Origin: Pocillopora damicornis
Taxonomy: Eukaryota
Length of the DNA stretch: 64,000 nt
Reading direction: 5' to 3'
Assembly: GCF_003704095.1 (NCBI RefSeq)
Contig: NW_020847079.1
Location: 62,001-126,000 of the forward strand
The notes below the pieces were generated by a model. It was not told the origin of the DNA. It saw only the letters and a program-made list of their open reading frames with translations, and searched no databases. The translations under genes were made by a program, and so were the position numbers. Positions 10,800-22,860 of the stretch are shown here, in pieces. How positions within the stretch are numbered: position 1 is the first letter of the stretch; the number at the start of each line of letters is the position of its first letter.

Positions 10800-13700
10800 C
10801 TGATTTAGAGAGTAAAATAAAATTTACGTCTGAAAATAAAAAATGATGGTGAATGGCCGTCGTGCCATGCCCTGAAGACATGCGCAAACCACGGGAACAC
10901 AAAGCCAAACAATTAACAAACGTAAATGGGAATTCCACAACAAGAACTGGAGAACGAGAGGAGGTTTGTATATATCTGGTAAAAAGTGCACCGTAAAAAC
11001 ATCATTTGTAAACTTAGAAAATATGAAACAAACCTATAATCCTAAGTAATGTTGGCACCTTAAAAAACAATAATGGAAATGATGTTCGCAAAAATAAAAA
11101 AATTGTAACTCCAAAAATTTTCTTCTCCCTACTAAATGCAGTCACAACTTTTGATTCGTAGTTTTCAGGGTTTACAGGTCAGGGTTTTCAGTTGATACGT
11201 ATCAGAAAACTCACTCGTTCGCTGCGCTCACTCGTTCATTTTCTGATACTACACAACTCGTGAATAAAAATCGTACGCGCGCATTTTCCATGAAGTAATC
11301 TCTATATATTCAGGAATTTTAATTATTTCTGTTTTGTATTTAATTTTCACTTGTATAGAATTTTACAGCAATAGCATTGATTTACAAGTGTCCCTTTTTT
11401 CATTCACCGTGAAAAACTCTTGAAAAATAAATCGTTTGAGTTGTATGACCGTTTTGTCCTTCGCAAAGTTTGCCGTTCAAAAATATTATTGGTAAAATGC
11501 ATCAATTTTTTTTTACTTGAAACGGATATTGAATTTTTCAGAAACGTTTGTGACTTACAACTGCTCTCTTTTCTCTACCATTTTCATTGAAATATGTCCT
11601 TGGTGAGTTCTAATAGCAAAGTTGAGAAATCTCCTTGACTTTACAAAAGATTGAGTTATTTCAAGTATTATTAGAGAATATGTCCACCTTTCATGCGAAA
11701 GATTTCTCTTATAAAGAAAAATCACTCCTATCACCCGACAAGTTTGATTTAAAAGTAGAAATCTTCCCTTTTGCTCTCACAATTTGAAACAACATGAGGT
11801 GGTCATCAATTCCTATTTTTGCTGATATATACTTCCGTATACATACCCTCGTCTGACACGAAACGCCTTTTCATGAAAAGTTTGAAGATAAATTATACGC
11901 ACACATGACATGTAAAGAAACCTACTGAGTTAATAGGTAAAATTTCACAGCGATGTTTGACAACCTTGTTCGTCTATAGATGACTCTCCAAGCGTTCTGT
12001 CTAGAATGTTTTTTTCACCATAATTGAAAAGCAAATTTAACTAATATTTTGGGCTTTGTCAAGGATAAGAATGGTTCCAAACATTTTCACCCCAGGAACA
12101 CTAAATATAAAGATTTAGACCCATTTTGTTATGTGACAAAAAGATAGCAGTCGTACACTAGCAAACCTTAAGGCTTGCTTCTCAATCGAAAAATTTGTGG
12201 AAATTTAAGTTTTCTTGATCGTCACGAAAAGTAAACAAAAAAGAGAAAATAATTTTGTTCTAAGAACTACTGAAAACTCATCAGCTATCCAGCAGATTCC
12301 TTTTTCTCAGTCAAAGCGTTCACACTCAATACTACAAGGATATAGAGCTTTTTCGAAACTTTGTTTTCGGCGATGTATCTATTACTTAAATAAAAATAGA
12401 TGCTTCACAGTAAAACTGAAAATTTAAAGAAATTGCGATACAACTTGTCCATTTAATCTCCAAAACCTTTTTTCACCAAAAAGTTTTCGTTTCTAAGATA
12501 TCTAACGGGGGATGTTTGTTTTTTTTTTTTTCGTAATTTTTCAAAGCGATAGAATTGTTGACTTGAAGGAAAAAAAATATGAAATATACATACAGACACT
12601 CGCCTTTCGCGATCTTGAACGATCCTTTTGCTAGGTTTAAAGAGAATGTGATTTCATTTCAAATTACATAGGTTGTCTTCATTGTTTGATTTATTGAAAA
12701 CAAAAATCTAACAACTTACCAGGCGTAGGAGCTCATTCCGTATCGAAATTACGCTTATGTTTGGTTCTACCACATAATTTGACTTACACCCGCGCAATAA
12801 CAACTGTCGCAAATTTCGGTTGAGAAATCTCCCTTTTGAACTCAAAACCTGTTTATCTAGTTTTACGAAATTTCCCACCGTCATTTGCTAGAATTTTTTT
12901 ATTCTTTCGGCATTAAAGTTTATTTTTTGAGTTCAAAGATATTTTTCAGGTCATATTGTAATTGAAATAATTTTTAATTTAAATTATTTCTGTTTAGTAC
13001 TTAATTTTCACTTGCATATAATTTTCCAGCAACACCTTTGAAATACAATTGTCTCTTTGTAAATAAAAGCGTTCCATTTCTATTTTAAAAAAAAATATTC
13101 AACCTTAAATCTATCATATAGGCATTAATTCACCTTGAAAACTCATTTTGGAAAAGAAAATGGATTGTTTGTGGTGTTTGGTGTTCGAAAAAACGATGAG
13201 CAATATTTTGTTTTGCATCAATTTTTTTCACTTGAAAAGACTGGAATTTTTTCACAAACGTTCGTAGCTAACAATTGCCCCATTTTCTCATAGAACGTAC
13301 CATTTTTCATCAAAACGTTTCCATGGTGAGTAGTGATAACAAAATTAATAACTTTACTTCAGGATACCAAAACTTGGGTTATTTTAAGCATTATTATCGC
13401 ATAAAAAAAACCTATCACCCTATCACCCTATCTTTTTGCTATCACAACACTATTTTCTGCTTTTGTTGATTTGTACTACCATGTGAAACATACTGTAATC
13501 TCTCATGAAAAACTTCATGGAAAGGTTAAAGAATCATTCTAAGCGCACATGACTGTTAGGAAATCTATTGAGTCAATTGGTGAAAATTCATGAGATGGTT
13601 CATAACCTTGCCGTCTATAGACGACTCTCCAAACGTTTTTTTGTTTGTTTGTTTGTTTGTTTGTTTTTCTGTCATTCCTTTCTGTACCATGCTTGCAAAA

Positions 13701-14620
13701 GCAACTTAAGCTGATATTTTGGGCTTTTTTAGGAAGAAAATGGTTCCAAACGTTCCACCCTTAAGAGACACTCAATAAATAGATTTTAGGCCTACTGTAG
13801 TTTGTAAAAAAGAGAGCTGCAACCCTTGAGGGACGCTTAATCGAGAGAGTAATGGGACATACTTGTTTTCTATTGAAATTTTTCTTGCTCCTCTCGTGAA
13901 GTAAACTAAAAAGGCAAACTCGAGTACTGAAAGTCATCAGATATGCAACAATTCCTTTCCTTCACTTAAAGCATTTATTTTCAATATGACGAGTTGTCAA
14001 AAGTTTTTTTACGTTTTGACGATGTATCTGTTACTTGAAAAGATAGACACCTCACAGTGAACGTGAAAGTTTACAGATATTGTAATTTGTGCAATTAATC
14101 TTCAAAAACTAATTACGGCACGAAAGTAGATTCTTTGTTTACAGAATATATTCGAGAAGATACTATTTTCATTGAAAGATCTCCTTGGTGAGTTCCAATA
14201 CCAAAGTTGAGAAATCTCCTTCTTGCTACAAAACCCTGTTTTTTAAGTATCATTAAAGAATATATAATATAAAAGAAATTGCAGTTTTACTAATTATCTC
14301 CAAAAGCTATTTATGGTTGAATGGAAAATTCATTGTTTCTACGATATTCCTTTTGATCTAAAAGTCTAGTCTGCTCGTTTAGTTTTATGAAATTTCCCTC
14401 TCTTTCATTTTGCTAAGTATCTTTTGATTTCATCGGCGCTGCAGTAAATTCCTTTGAAAAGTTTCTTAACACGAGAAAATCGACATTACGATAGCTTTGA
14501 TTTTTTTTTTGGAAAAAAAATAGATGCCTCATGGTGAAACTGAAAATTTAAAGAAATAGTATTTTTTTCCAAATGATCTCCAAAAAATTTTATGGTTCAA
14601 AAAACAATAAATTCTTTGTT
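10800..14620 (+). pseudogene. Decayed, internally duplicated coding-like arm of the unclassified element (right arm)
   Basis: About 11580-12470 keeps one frame with scattered stops (QKIELFQVLLENMSTFHAKDFSYKEKSLLSPDKFDLKVEIFPF...MTLQAFCLECFF). 11320-12480 is repeated in diverged form at 12980-14120, with further partial copies at 14165-14600. Confidence 0.5.
11195..11308. mobile_element. Half of a palindromic MITE inserted in the right arm
   Basis: tatcagaaaactcactcgttcgctgcgctcactcgttcattttctgata...cgtacgcgcgcattttccatgaagtaatctctatata; a CpG-rich island in AT-rich context. Confidence 0.6.
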
Positions 14621-17615
14621 ACCGAGGAAGTGATGAACGCATGGGAAAATTCAATTCCAAAAAGCTTAAAAGATGCTGCAAGTTTAGCGTAACACTTCTC
14701 AAAGGTAAGGCGTTTTTGTTAATACAATGAAATAAACCTGTCAAAACTGCTGGCTTCTCTTGATACTAATAATCAAAACAATTGGAACAAAATGTGCGCA
14801 GTGCTTTCTTTATTTAGAAAATTTACAACAGAATTCAAAAGCACCTAAGCAATTATACTAAAGCAATTATTCAGCCAAGGCGAAGTGAATATTGTTCAAT
14901 AATCCCATGGTAGCATTCGTTGTAAATTTGGCCACGTTCTCCAAGTTACATTATCATGGATTTCTTTGAGGTACTAACCAATAACAAATTGAACAACTTA
15001 CGTGTAGGTGAGGTCGTTTCTTTTTCCCAGTTTGCAGTCCTCTTTTCCAGGAACACTTTTCCTTTTCCGTGGTTCTGTTCTGCAATCCAATAAATACATT
15101 GATAATTGACATGACAAGCCAAATAAACCAACAAATCTGACACAAATAAGACAAAAAAAGAGAAAAAAGCCGCCAATTATTTGTCTATCTATTATTTGCA
15201 CTGCTGGTTTTGTTGGGTCTTAATAGTCGCGATTTTATCTGGCGTCGGCTAGAAGAATAATTCGAGAAGTAATTTGTAGGAACAGGTCTGACGACAGTTC
15301 TTTTTCAGAACTACCCTTGCCCGACCATCATACTAAAATTTCTTGAAAAAAGTAAATTGTTTAGGTCGAGACGGAGTCAAGGGGCTCTTCAATGTTAACC
15401 TAAGTTGAAGCTACCCTCAAAGCTTAGCAACTTATCAGTCACAATTCATTATTTAGTTCCAAAGACTCAAAAATCATCCGAGCGTTTCAGATTCTACAAG
15501 AAAAATAGTATTTCGTGCGCAGCGTGCCCAAAGTTCCCCTTTTTCCATTAAATGAGCCCCTTTGGCGTTTGAACCACGTCTCCACAAAAGTTGTCACATG
15601 TCTAAAGCCGATTCTTTCGGAGTGGTTTAGGAATTAACCATAAAATCCCTCTCTTTTTACATTTTTGGTTTTCCTTCTCCAAACTTTTAATTCACATTTA
15701 AACTGAGTTTCCCACGAGTACAGTTTCTTAGTGGAAAAATCATGTAAATTGAAAGCTGAGAGTAACACGGTTCAAAAGTTAAGCAACAGCAAACAAGAGG
15801 TAAGAGAACGAAAAAAGAAACATTGCCATATCAACGAAACAGTTTGGAGTAGTTCAAACAATGGCAGCCTACGACGAGTGTTTTGGCGCCCTCCTCACCT
15901 ATACTTAATTGTCACGATTTGCTTTGAAATGCCATTAATGCAATACAATAAAGAACTTACGTTAAGTTTCGTTCTTTTACATCACTCCGTGCATTCCACA
16001 TTCCAGCTTTCCAATCTTCTTTTTCAATCTTAATTTTTATTTCCTTCTCACGACTCTGTAAATCCGATGAGTACACTGATTAAATAAAATGTCGCACACC
16101 ATTTAATGACCGTCCATGCTAAGAATGGCCGAAGGGAAAGGACTCTTAGAAAAGATGCAGAGTGATCCAGCTTAATTTTCTTTCTCAAAGAGGCATTTAT
16201 CGGTAGATTTTAAGCATTCATCAGTAAGTTTTATTACTCATCTCCACCTCTTTTTTTCTTTTTTTCCTTACTTTTTGTTTAAGGTAAGCAGTTTACGTGG
16301 TTAGTACGAAGGCTGGCATCTCGCTTTTCACGAATTCTAGGTACAAAATATACACCAAATATACATCGCACAAAAGTTTACGTCTAAAAAGCATGATCCA
16401 TGAACGATGAGAACCAACGGCTTAATGGAAAATGTTTGCACGGTTACATATGGATGGTTTCTATCATTTACCACGTTCTAACAATTGTAGTCGTCATAGC
16501 CGTTGGGTCTCGTCGTTCATTACTTACGCCACTTAGGGTCAAAGTTTTTGTAATCGAGAGTATATTGAAGTTCATGTTTGACTTACCAATCGACAACAAG
16601 TTCGCAGTCCATAGCCCATAGGACGCCAAAATCATTTTCCTTATTATGTTTTCATTTATATTACACTTTGAAACTAGGAGTACCGAAGCACTTACCATAA
16701 ATCTGAGAAGAAAAAACTGTAGTAGTCCTGATACTTACTAGTATTCAGTAAGGTAACTCGATAAACCCAGAGCACAGAGTCCCAAGGTACCGCTTAACTA
16801 TGAAAAAGAGGACAAATTCAACTTAAAGACGAGATAAAATTTTGTTGAAGAAGTTCTCTCTGGCAACTTTTAAAAAGATGTGATAGAGTCGACATTTAAG
16901 ACGAAGTTATAAGAAAGGTCGAAGTACAAGAATTAAACGCAACGACATAAGCAAATAACCTATCAAAGTTCTGCATATGATTCATTCTCTCACCTCGTGT
17001 AAAGTTACTGGTATTCTGCAAAAGTATACTAATATTTCCATATTTGGCTGCTGATCGCAGGAAAAGGAAACAGTCGTCTTAAAGATACTGTTAGAAACAG
17101 TTACGAGCGCAGAAACCGGCAGAATATGTCAAGGTTCTGTTCGAAGAAGCAAAACACGATAACTTCTTGAACCACATGTCACACTGACCCAAGGTGTGAG
17201 ACAAACATGAATGAATAATTAATTTTTGAGACAATTTCGTCGTGCCCTTTGCTTTCTGCATAAATTGATCACAAAAAATTCAGAGAATTTCATATTTGCC
17301 CCAATAGTTCTTTGTTAGGATTACATCTGAAATAAAAAAAAACCTCATAATTCATCTATAAACTTATTTCAGTTTTCCGATTAAATTTAAGTCCACAAAT
17401 ATAATTTACGGCCAGACGGCTCTTTCCGGACCAGCTTTAGTTAACCTCTCCGTCAAACCCTCAGCCCTACACAAGTCAGCTTTCATTGTGATTTTCTACA
17501 AGATCGGGTTGGTGAGGCCATGCAGGTCATATCATTATGGCCGAACGAGAAAATTTTCTAGTCCGGTCCTCCCACTCAGTCAATATGTACATAGAGTCTT
17601 AGGGTAATTCAGTAT

Positions 17616-17706
17616 TAACAACTGAGTTGACAACGTAAATTGGCCACCGTAACTGAAGAGTTTGAAAACTGACGTTTCGAGCGTTAGCCCTTCGCCAGAG
17701 CGATTG
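17616..17706 (-). mobile_element. Penelope-like terminal-repeat fragment with a mutated minimal hammerhead (CTGGCGA-agggctaacgctc-GAAACGTC)
   Basis: Same family as 32806-32870, 46025-46195 and 63185-63430; catalytic core changed from CUGANGA to CUGGCGA. Confidence 0.7.
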
Positions 17707-17919
17707 GTTGCAAAAGAAGTATGTACGATAAGTAGATGGTTGATGTTACGCTCCTGTTCGCCCCACTGCGTACCTCCCTTGTACAGGCATCTTTTTTTTT
17801 TTAGCAGAAGCGCGCACGGGGCCGCTCAGGTCATAATTACGATAATTCGGATAATCACCCAGGGAAAAGCGATTGACATATAATACCAAACTATGCGAAT
17901 TTTGGGAGAAAAAGCACAT

Positions 17920-18215
17920 TTCAAGGAACGACGTTTCGGCCTCTCCAAGGTCATTTTCAGGTTTTTGTAAAATACAAAAATTTAGCACATAAATATAATG
18001 GTTAAATACAATAAATCTTATAACAAAACATGAAATTATTTTCAACTTAAATATTTCAATTGTTGTAATTGTGCAATTTTAACATGACATAACCCTTGTT
18101 ACATTCTTCTCCGGTTTTTTATAAATATTATATTTATATGCTAATTTTTCTTAATTCTAGATTCTACTAGAACTTGAAAATGACCTCCAAGAGGTCGAAA
18201 CGTCGTTCCTTAACA
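17920..18215. mobile_element. Inverted pair of Penelope-like termini, each with a hammerhead-like motif
   Basis: aaggaacgacgtttcggcctctccaaggtcattttcagg (17923-17961) mirrors cttgaaaatgacctccaagaggtcgaaacgtcgttcctt (18173-18211); the inner AT-rich arms are also partly inverted. Confidence 0.7.
18170..18208 (+). ncRNA. Putative minimal type I hammerhead ribozyme, U3:A8 variant
   Basis: Stem I GAAC/GTTC; core TTGAAAA plus T; stem II GACCTC-caa-GAGGTC; GAAA; palindromic ACGT stem III; GUC cleavage triplet ending at 18204. Confidence 0.55.
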
Positions 18216-18812
18216 TCGCCAATCTTTATTACAAAGTCTATATCAAAGAAATTTCAAGGCTCAATCAAGCAGCTTTGTTGCGTAAAATTCGTCAGTGAAA
18301 CACGAGATTAATCAACCTTTATTCATTTCCTCCTACTATGACGACAGATTACATTTCGCAAACTGATTGTTTTAAGTCAAACACTGAAAATGTATTATAA
18401 CCGTATCGGTCTCTGAAAAAATGATGACTCATCCCACTGTCGCCGATTTGCAAAAATTTGGATTGCTGACTAGTCATCGGACTTGAAGCTGAAAAGATTA
18501 TTTACCTCACTAATCGAAACTGAAATTTATAATTTTTTCCTCAATATTGTATTGAGGTAAAACAATTATAAATTTGAGTCAGAAATGTCAGAAATGACAG
18601 ACAAGCTAGTTGAGTAGATGCCGAACGAAGATAAGTTTTCATCAAAAGAGCCGACCTTTTTGAGTGGCAGCTAAATACTAATTTATATTATTCATCGTTT
18701 TATTTTGCAGAGGAGGTGGTCAATTTTTATGATAATTTCTCAGTTATTTCGTACCGAGCGAGAAGAATTTCTTTCATAAGTATTTACTGCCAAAAATTAC
18801 AACTTAAAACTA

Positions 18813-19985
18813 ATGGAGGAATCAACCTTGAACTGCATAAATTCGACGACTTTTTCACCAACTCCTCGGGAAGAGGAGTGCTTTTCCAGAGATCCGATGC
18901 CATTGAAAATCATCCGAATTTGTGCGTATTGCATTGTGATCTTCGTCTCTTTAGTTGGTAATCTCTTGATAATTGCGGTGACGAGGAGAACAAAAATGAC
19001 AAGTAGAAAATCTATCCATTATCTGATTGTGAACATGGCCATGGCAGACATATTTCTAACAGTGTACATGCCTCGGATGATAGCTCTGGCTTATGTGGGT
19101 TACGAATGGCAGATTGACAACCTGCCAGGCGAGATATTCTGCAAAATTTCAACACTGCTCAATCACGCTTGCATGACTGCATCGATTCTCACTGTTGTGG
19201 CAATCAGTTTTGATCGGTTTTTAGCTGTTATTTTCCCATTACGATCGTCACTCCTCACAATTCCAAGAACCAAGGTGATCATAATTTTCATATGGCTCAC
19301 GGCTATTGCATTTCGAGTACCCATGGCATATTCAGCAAGCCTACACAACTTGAACGGAAAACCAAATTGTTACATTGTTCTAGATGAGACATTCGGTGAT
19401 GGAACCAAAAAAGTCTACTACTTTCTAAATCTCTTCAGCCTTTTTGTGATACCATTCTTTATCATTTTGATTTTATACACTGCCATTTTGGTAACTCTAA
19501 AGAAACGTAAACCACCACAAGTTGACACTACTCTGAATATAAACCCATGGCAACAGCGTAAAGAGGAAACTACAAGAAGAGTCCTACAACTGGCAACAGC
19601 TGTTGTGATGGCATTTATAATTTGCTGGTTTTTGTACTTCATTCGTCTTATCTTGTTCTCCTACAACGTCGATGTTTCATGCCATATTTTATTTTTGCAC
19701 CTTTTTCTCGCCCACTCTAACAGCGCCATCAATCCATGTCTTTACGTGGTATTCAGTGAGAGCTATCGACACGGAGTTAAAAATATCATCTCGCAGTATT
19801 TTCCAAAAGTTTGTTGGACAGAAAATTATGTTTTACCATCGTCCGCAGCAGTTGCAAACTCTAGAGCTACATATCAAGAAAAAGCCGACGGAAAATTTCC
19901 CCATCAACGAAATTGTAAAGGAGAGAGTACCATGATCGCAGATAGGGCAATGGAGAATTCCATTTCTGATGAAGACGCAGTGTAA
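18813..19985 (+). CDS. Rhodopsin-like (class A) GPCR, neuropeptide-receptor-like, 390 aa, intronless CDS
   Basis: Seven hydrophobic segments with GN (TM1), MAMAD (TM2), C3.25, DRF, CWFL and NPCLY; 5'UTR splice acceptor ttttattttgcag at 18710. Confidence 0.95.
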   Translation: MEESTLNCINSTTFSPTPREEECFSRDPMPLKIIRICAYCIVIFVSLVGNLLIIAVTRRTKMTSRKSIHYLIVNMAMADIFLTVYMPRMIALAYVGYEWQIDNLPGEIFCKISTLLNHACMTASILTVVAISFDRFLAVIFPLRSSLLTIPRTKVIIIFIWLTAIAFRVPMAYSASLHNLNGKPNCYIVLDETFGDGTKKVYYFLNLFSLFVIPFFIILILYTAILVTLKKRKPPQVDTTLNINPWQQRKEETTRRVLQLATAVVMAFIICWFLYFIRLILFSYNVDVSCHILFLHLFLAHSNSAINPCLYVVFSESYRHGVKNIISQYFPKVCWTENYVLPSSAAVANSRATYQEKADGKFPHQRNCKGESTMIADRAMENSISDEDAV

Positions 19986-21055
19986 AAAAACGCGATCGAC
20001 GCCTGGCGCGGGAAAACGCGAGTAACCAGGTCATGATCGGTTTTCATCTTTCATCAAAACTTTGGCTCAACATATAAACGAGATAATCTCCGACAAGAAG
20101 GGAAGTTTGTCTATTGTGCATTATTCCTCTGTCTTTCATTAAAATTACCTGACAGTTCCTTGTTACTAGTTCATTCCCCTTATTGGAAAGAAGAACTGTT
20201 AGAATGAAATGTCTTGCCTAACAATGCCGACTCTCACCCGTGGCTGATTGTGAGCTGTGATTAGCTCGAAAGGAAACCTACGCTTTCAAATCAACTAATC
20301 AGATGTAAGGTTCACGCGAATGCTGACTTGGTCATGTGCCCCATTGGCCTTATGTATATCTTTGTTGTCTGCATGAATGGCTACCAATAGCAGTTAATTT
20401 TATGAATTGTTACAAATAGCAGTTCATTTTACGATCCTCAATCAGTCATAACTGCTTAATTGCAATGCGTAGTATATGCATCTCAATAGTGACCATAGGA
20501 ATTTGTTGTTGCATAAAACTAGTCACTAAGCAGAGCGGGAAATGTTTTTCTGATCAGGTAGATAGGAAAAGGATACAAACGTAATTTCCCCAGATATCAT
20601 TAAGCAATAGTTGCATAAAATAAACTTTGATGCGGTCATTTCATTGGTAATTCGTGTCTAAACTTGAACCAATGACTTCGATTATTCGGAGCGTCTTAAA
20701 AAAAATTGAAGTCACAGTTGGAAGTTACTGTTTTATTTTTATTGGTGAGAATTCAGTTTATCTTCGAGCTTAAAAAGAAAAGTCTATCCTTTCAACTAAT
20801 GAATATTGAAAGCTTCCGAAAGGGTTTAATTTGCGTTTGAGCAGACATATTAACGGTTTTCTTAAGCTTGAACCGAAGAAAAATCATGTTTTAACAGCTT
20901 GGCATGTTTTATTTAGCTTGGGCTCTTCGCAATGAGCCTGCCAATACAACAATATAAACATTAATGCCAAGGTTGTTGAGAGCCGCTGTTTACTTTATTT
21001 CGAGCGTTTGACACTCAAAGACGATTTCAGCTGCTTTATGACTTGTATCAATGAA

Positions 21056-21259
21056 TTGACCCACAAGAGTGACTAAAATTTAATTTCTCCTTACAATATC
21101 CCCCCTGAATCACACATCAAAGTTACGAGAGTACAGAAAACGATCATCATCTAAAAGAGCTCTTGATTGTTAGACAAATTCTCCTGGTCAGCACTTCAGG
21201 AAATTTACGGGGAACAGTATGGAGAATATGCATACTGATTTTCAGAGATAAAGGGTCAA
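21056..21259 (-). mobile_element. piggyBac-type MITE, subfamily B
   Basis: Same core as 1388-1597; ends in aaagggtcaa. Confidence 0.75.
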
Positions 21260-21780
21260 ATGTGAATTAAAGCCGACACATATTGAACATTCCCCCCGGA
21301 ACTACTCGGTTTTTTCGGTATGTCAGTCATGTATTAGATATCTTTATGAGATTTGGGTATTTGTAAGTAATTGCAACAAAAGATTTCCTTCCCCTTCGGT
21401 CACGAATTCAGCGGGCAGTTTCTCCAGGAGAAACAGCTTGATGTTTTGCTCACTTAGATATATTATATAACGTAAAGAAGGGCTGAGTGAAAGAACAAAA
21501 TCAAAGCCAGGAAAAATGTTGAACAAAAACCTCAGGACAAGGTCGAATTAAAGTCGTCACACTGTTTTTTTACCATCGAGGCTCGTATTCATCGCCAATT
21601 TGAGCTTTTTGTCAACATCTTGTCAAACTCAGGTACTTTTCTTCAATTTTAGGCCTTGTGCCAAACAGCGGGCGCTAATCAGTTCTTACGTAATTCAAAT
21701 ACTGAAAGGGAAGATGTAATTTTTTTCGTTTCGAACCGTTTGTTGATGGGCACGCTCACGCTTTCTTTTTGTCCGCATTT

Positions 21781-22860
21781 TCAACTTTGCTCATCGTCAT
21801 TTTGTTGAGTTTTCCACAGATTCATTTTGCTTGTCGGAAACACCTTTTGCGAGGAATTCTCCTCGCTAAGAATACCACTACAAAGCGCGCAGCGAACCAG
21901 AATGCGTTTCAATCCTGTACGAAAGTTCTCGTTTAAAGCGAAGCACAAACATGGATTCACTGCACTGTTTAGATCAGCCAAAAACAATCTCAAAAATAAA
22001 ACTTCACAGCCCACTTGTATTTTGTACGAAAATAAAATGAGTTGGACAAAGTAGAGCAACCAGCAGAGTACAAATGCAGCCACCACTATCAACACCATTC
22101 GAAGAACTTTCTTCTTTATCCGTGTGTCTCTTGTATGCTCTCTTCCTGCGATTTCTTCTCCGGGTGCTTTTCGTAGTTTCAGGGAAATTAAAATGGCCGA
22201 ATACAGCACAACTATCAATGCTAAAGGCACAGCAAAGAGGCCAATGAGGGTAAAATTGTAATAGGTCTTTTCGGCTCCTTGGTAGAACACATCGTCTAAT
22301 GACAGATGACAACTCGTTTCGCCGTTGTTGGTGTTAATAAGTTTCAGGCCATACAACATCGGCAGACGAATAACGACGGATGAGAACCATATCATTGTAA
22401 TAATGATTCGACAAATTTTCTTCGTAATAATGGTCCTCAACGGCAATATCACAGCGAAAAATCGATCAAAGCTGATGGCTACCACAGTGAATATGGAAAC
22501 GCAAATGGCAGTTTGATGCATGAAAACAGCGAACTTACATACCACAAGTCCCAATGTACCGTATAGCTGCCATTTATAGCTATCATGCCACACAGACAGC
22601 GAGCGAGGCATGTACAATGTTATTAAAAGGTCTGCAGTACACATGTTGACCATGAAAAAGTTAACCGTTTTCCTCAGGCGCTGTTCTTTCCATACCACGG
22701 CAATGATCGCAGAATTTCCAAGAAGAGATACTACAAGCAGCATGCAATAAGGAACGATCCTGGCCATTTTAACAGCTGTTAAATCATTCTCAAAGCAGTC
22801 CTCGTTTTGGACGCTTTCCTTCTTGGGGGTATAATTGAAGCTTTTGTTGGCCAACGACAT
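21781..22860 (-). CDS. Rhodopsin-like (class A) GPCR, paralogue of 18813-19985, 359 aa
   Basis: 7TM with GN, TAD, DRF, CWLL and NPCLC; shares TVVAISFDRF, LILFSY and LFLA..NSA.NPCL with its neighbour; acceptor ttttcccag 7 nt upstream of the ATG. Confidence 0.95.
   Translation of the reverse strand: MSLANKSFNYTPKKESVQNEDCFENDLTAVKMARIVPYCMLLVVSLLGNSAIIAVVWKEQRLRKTVNFFMVNMCTADLLITLYMPRSLSVWHDSYKWQLYGTLGLVVCKFAVFMHQTAICVSIFTVVAISFDRFFAVILPLRTIITKKICRIIITMIWFSSVVIRLPMLYGLKLINTNNGETSCHLSLDDVFYQGAEKTYYNFTLIGLFAVPLALIVVLYSAILISLKLRKAPGEEIAGREHTRDTRIKKKVLRMVLIVVAAFVLCWLLYFVQLILFSYKIQVGCEVLFLRLFLADLNSAVNPCLCFALNENFRTGLKRILVRCALCSGILSEENSSQKVFPTSKMNLWKTQQNDDEQS

Noticed and set aside
16696-16702. 7-nt minus-strand micro-exon ending in ATG
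   Set aside because: The nearest upstream donor would give a 36-nt intron, and there is no supporting homology.
19163-22516. Short antisense or alternative-frame ORFs overlapping the two GPCRs
   Set aside because: Shadow ORFs of real coding sequence with no independent protein features.
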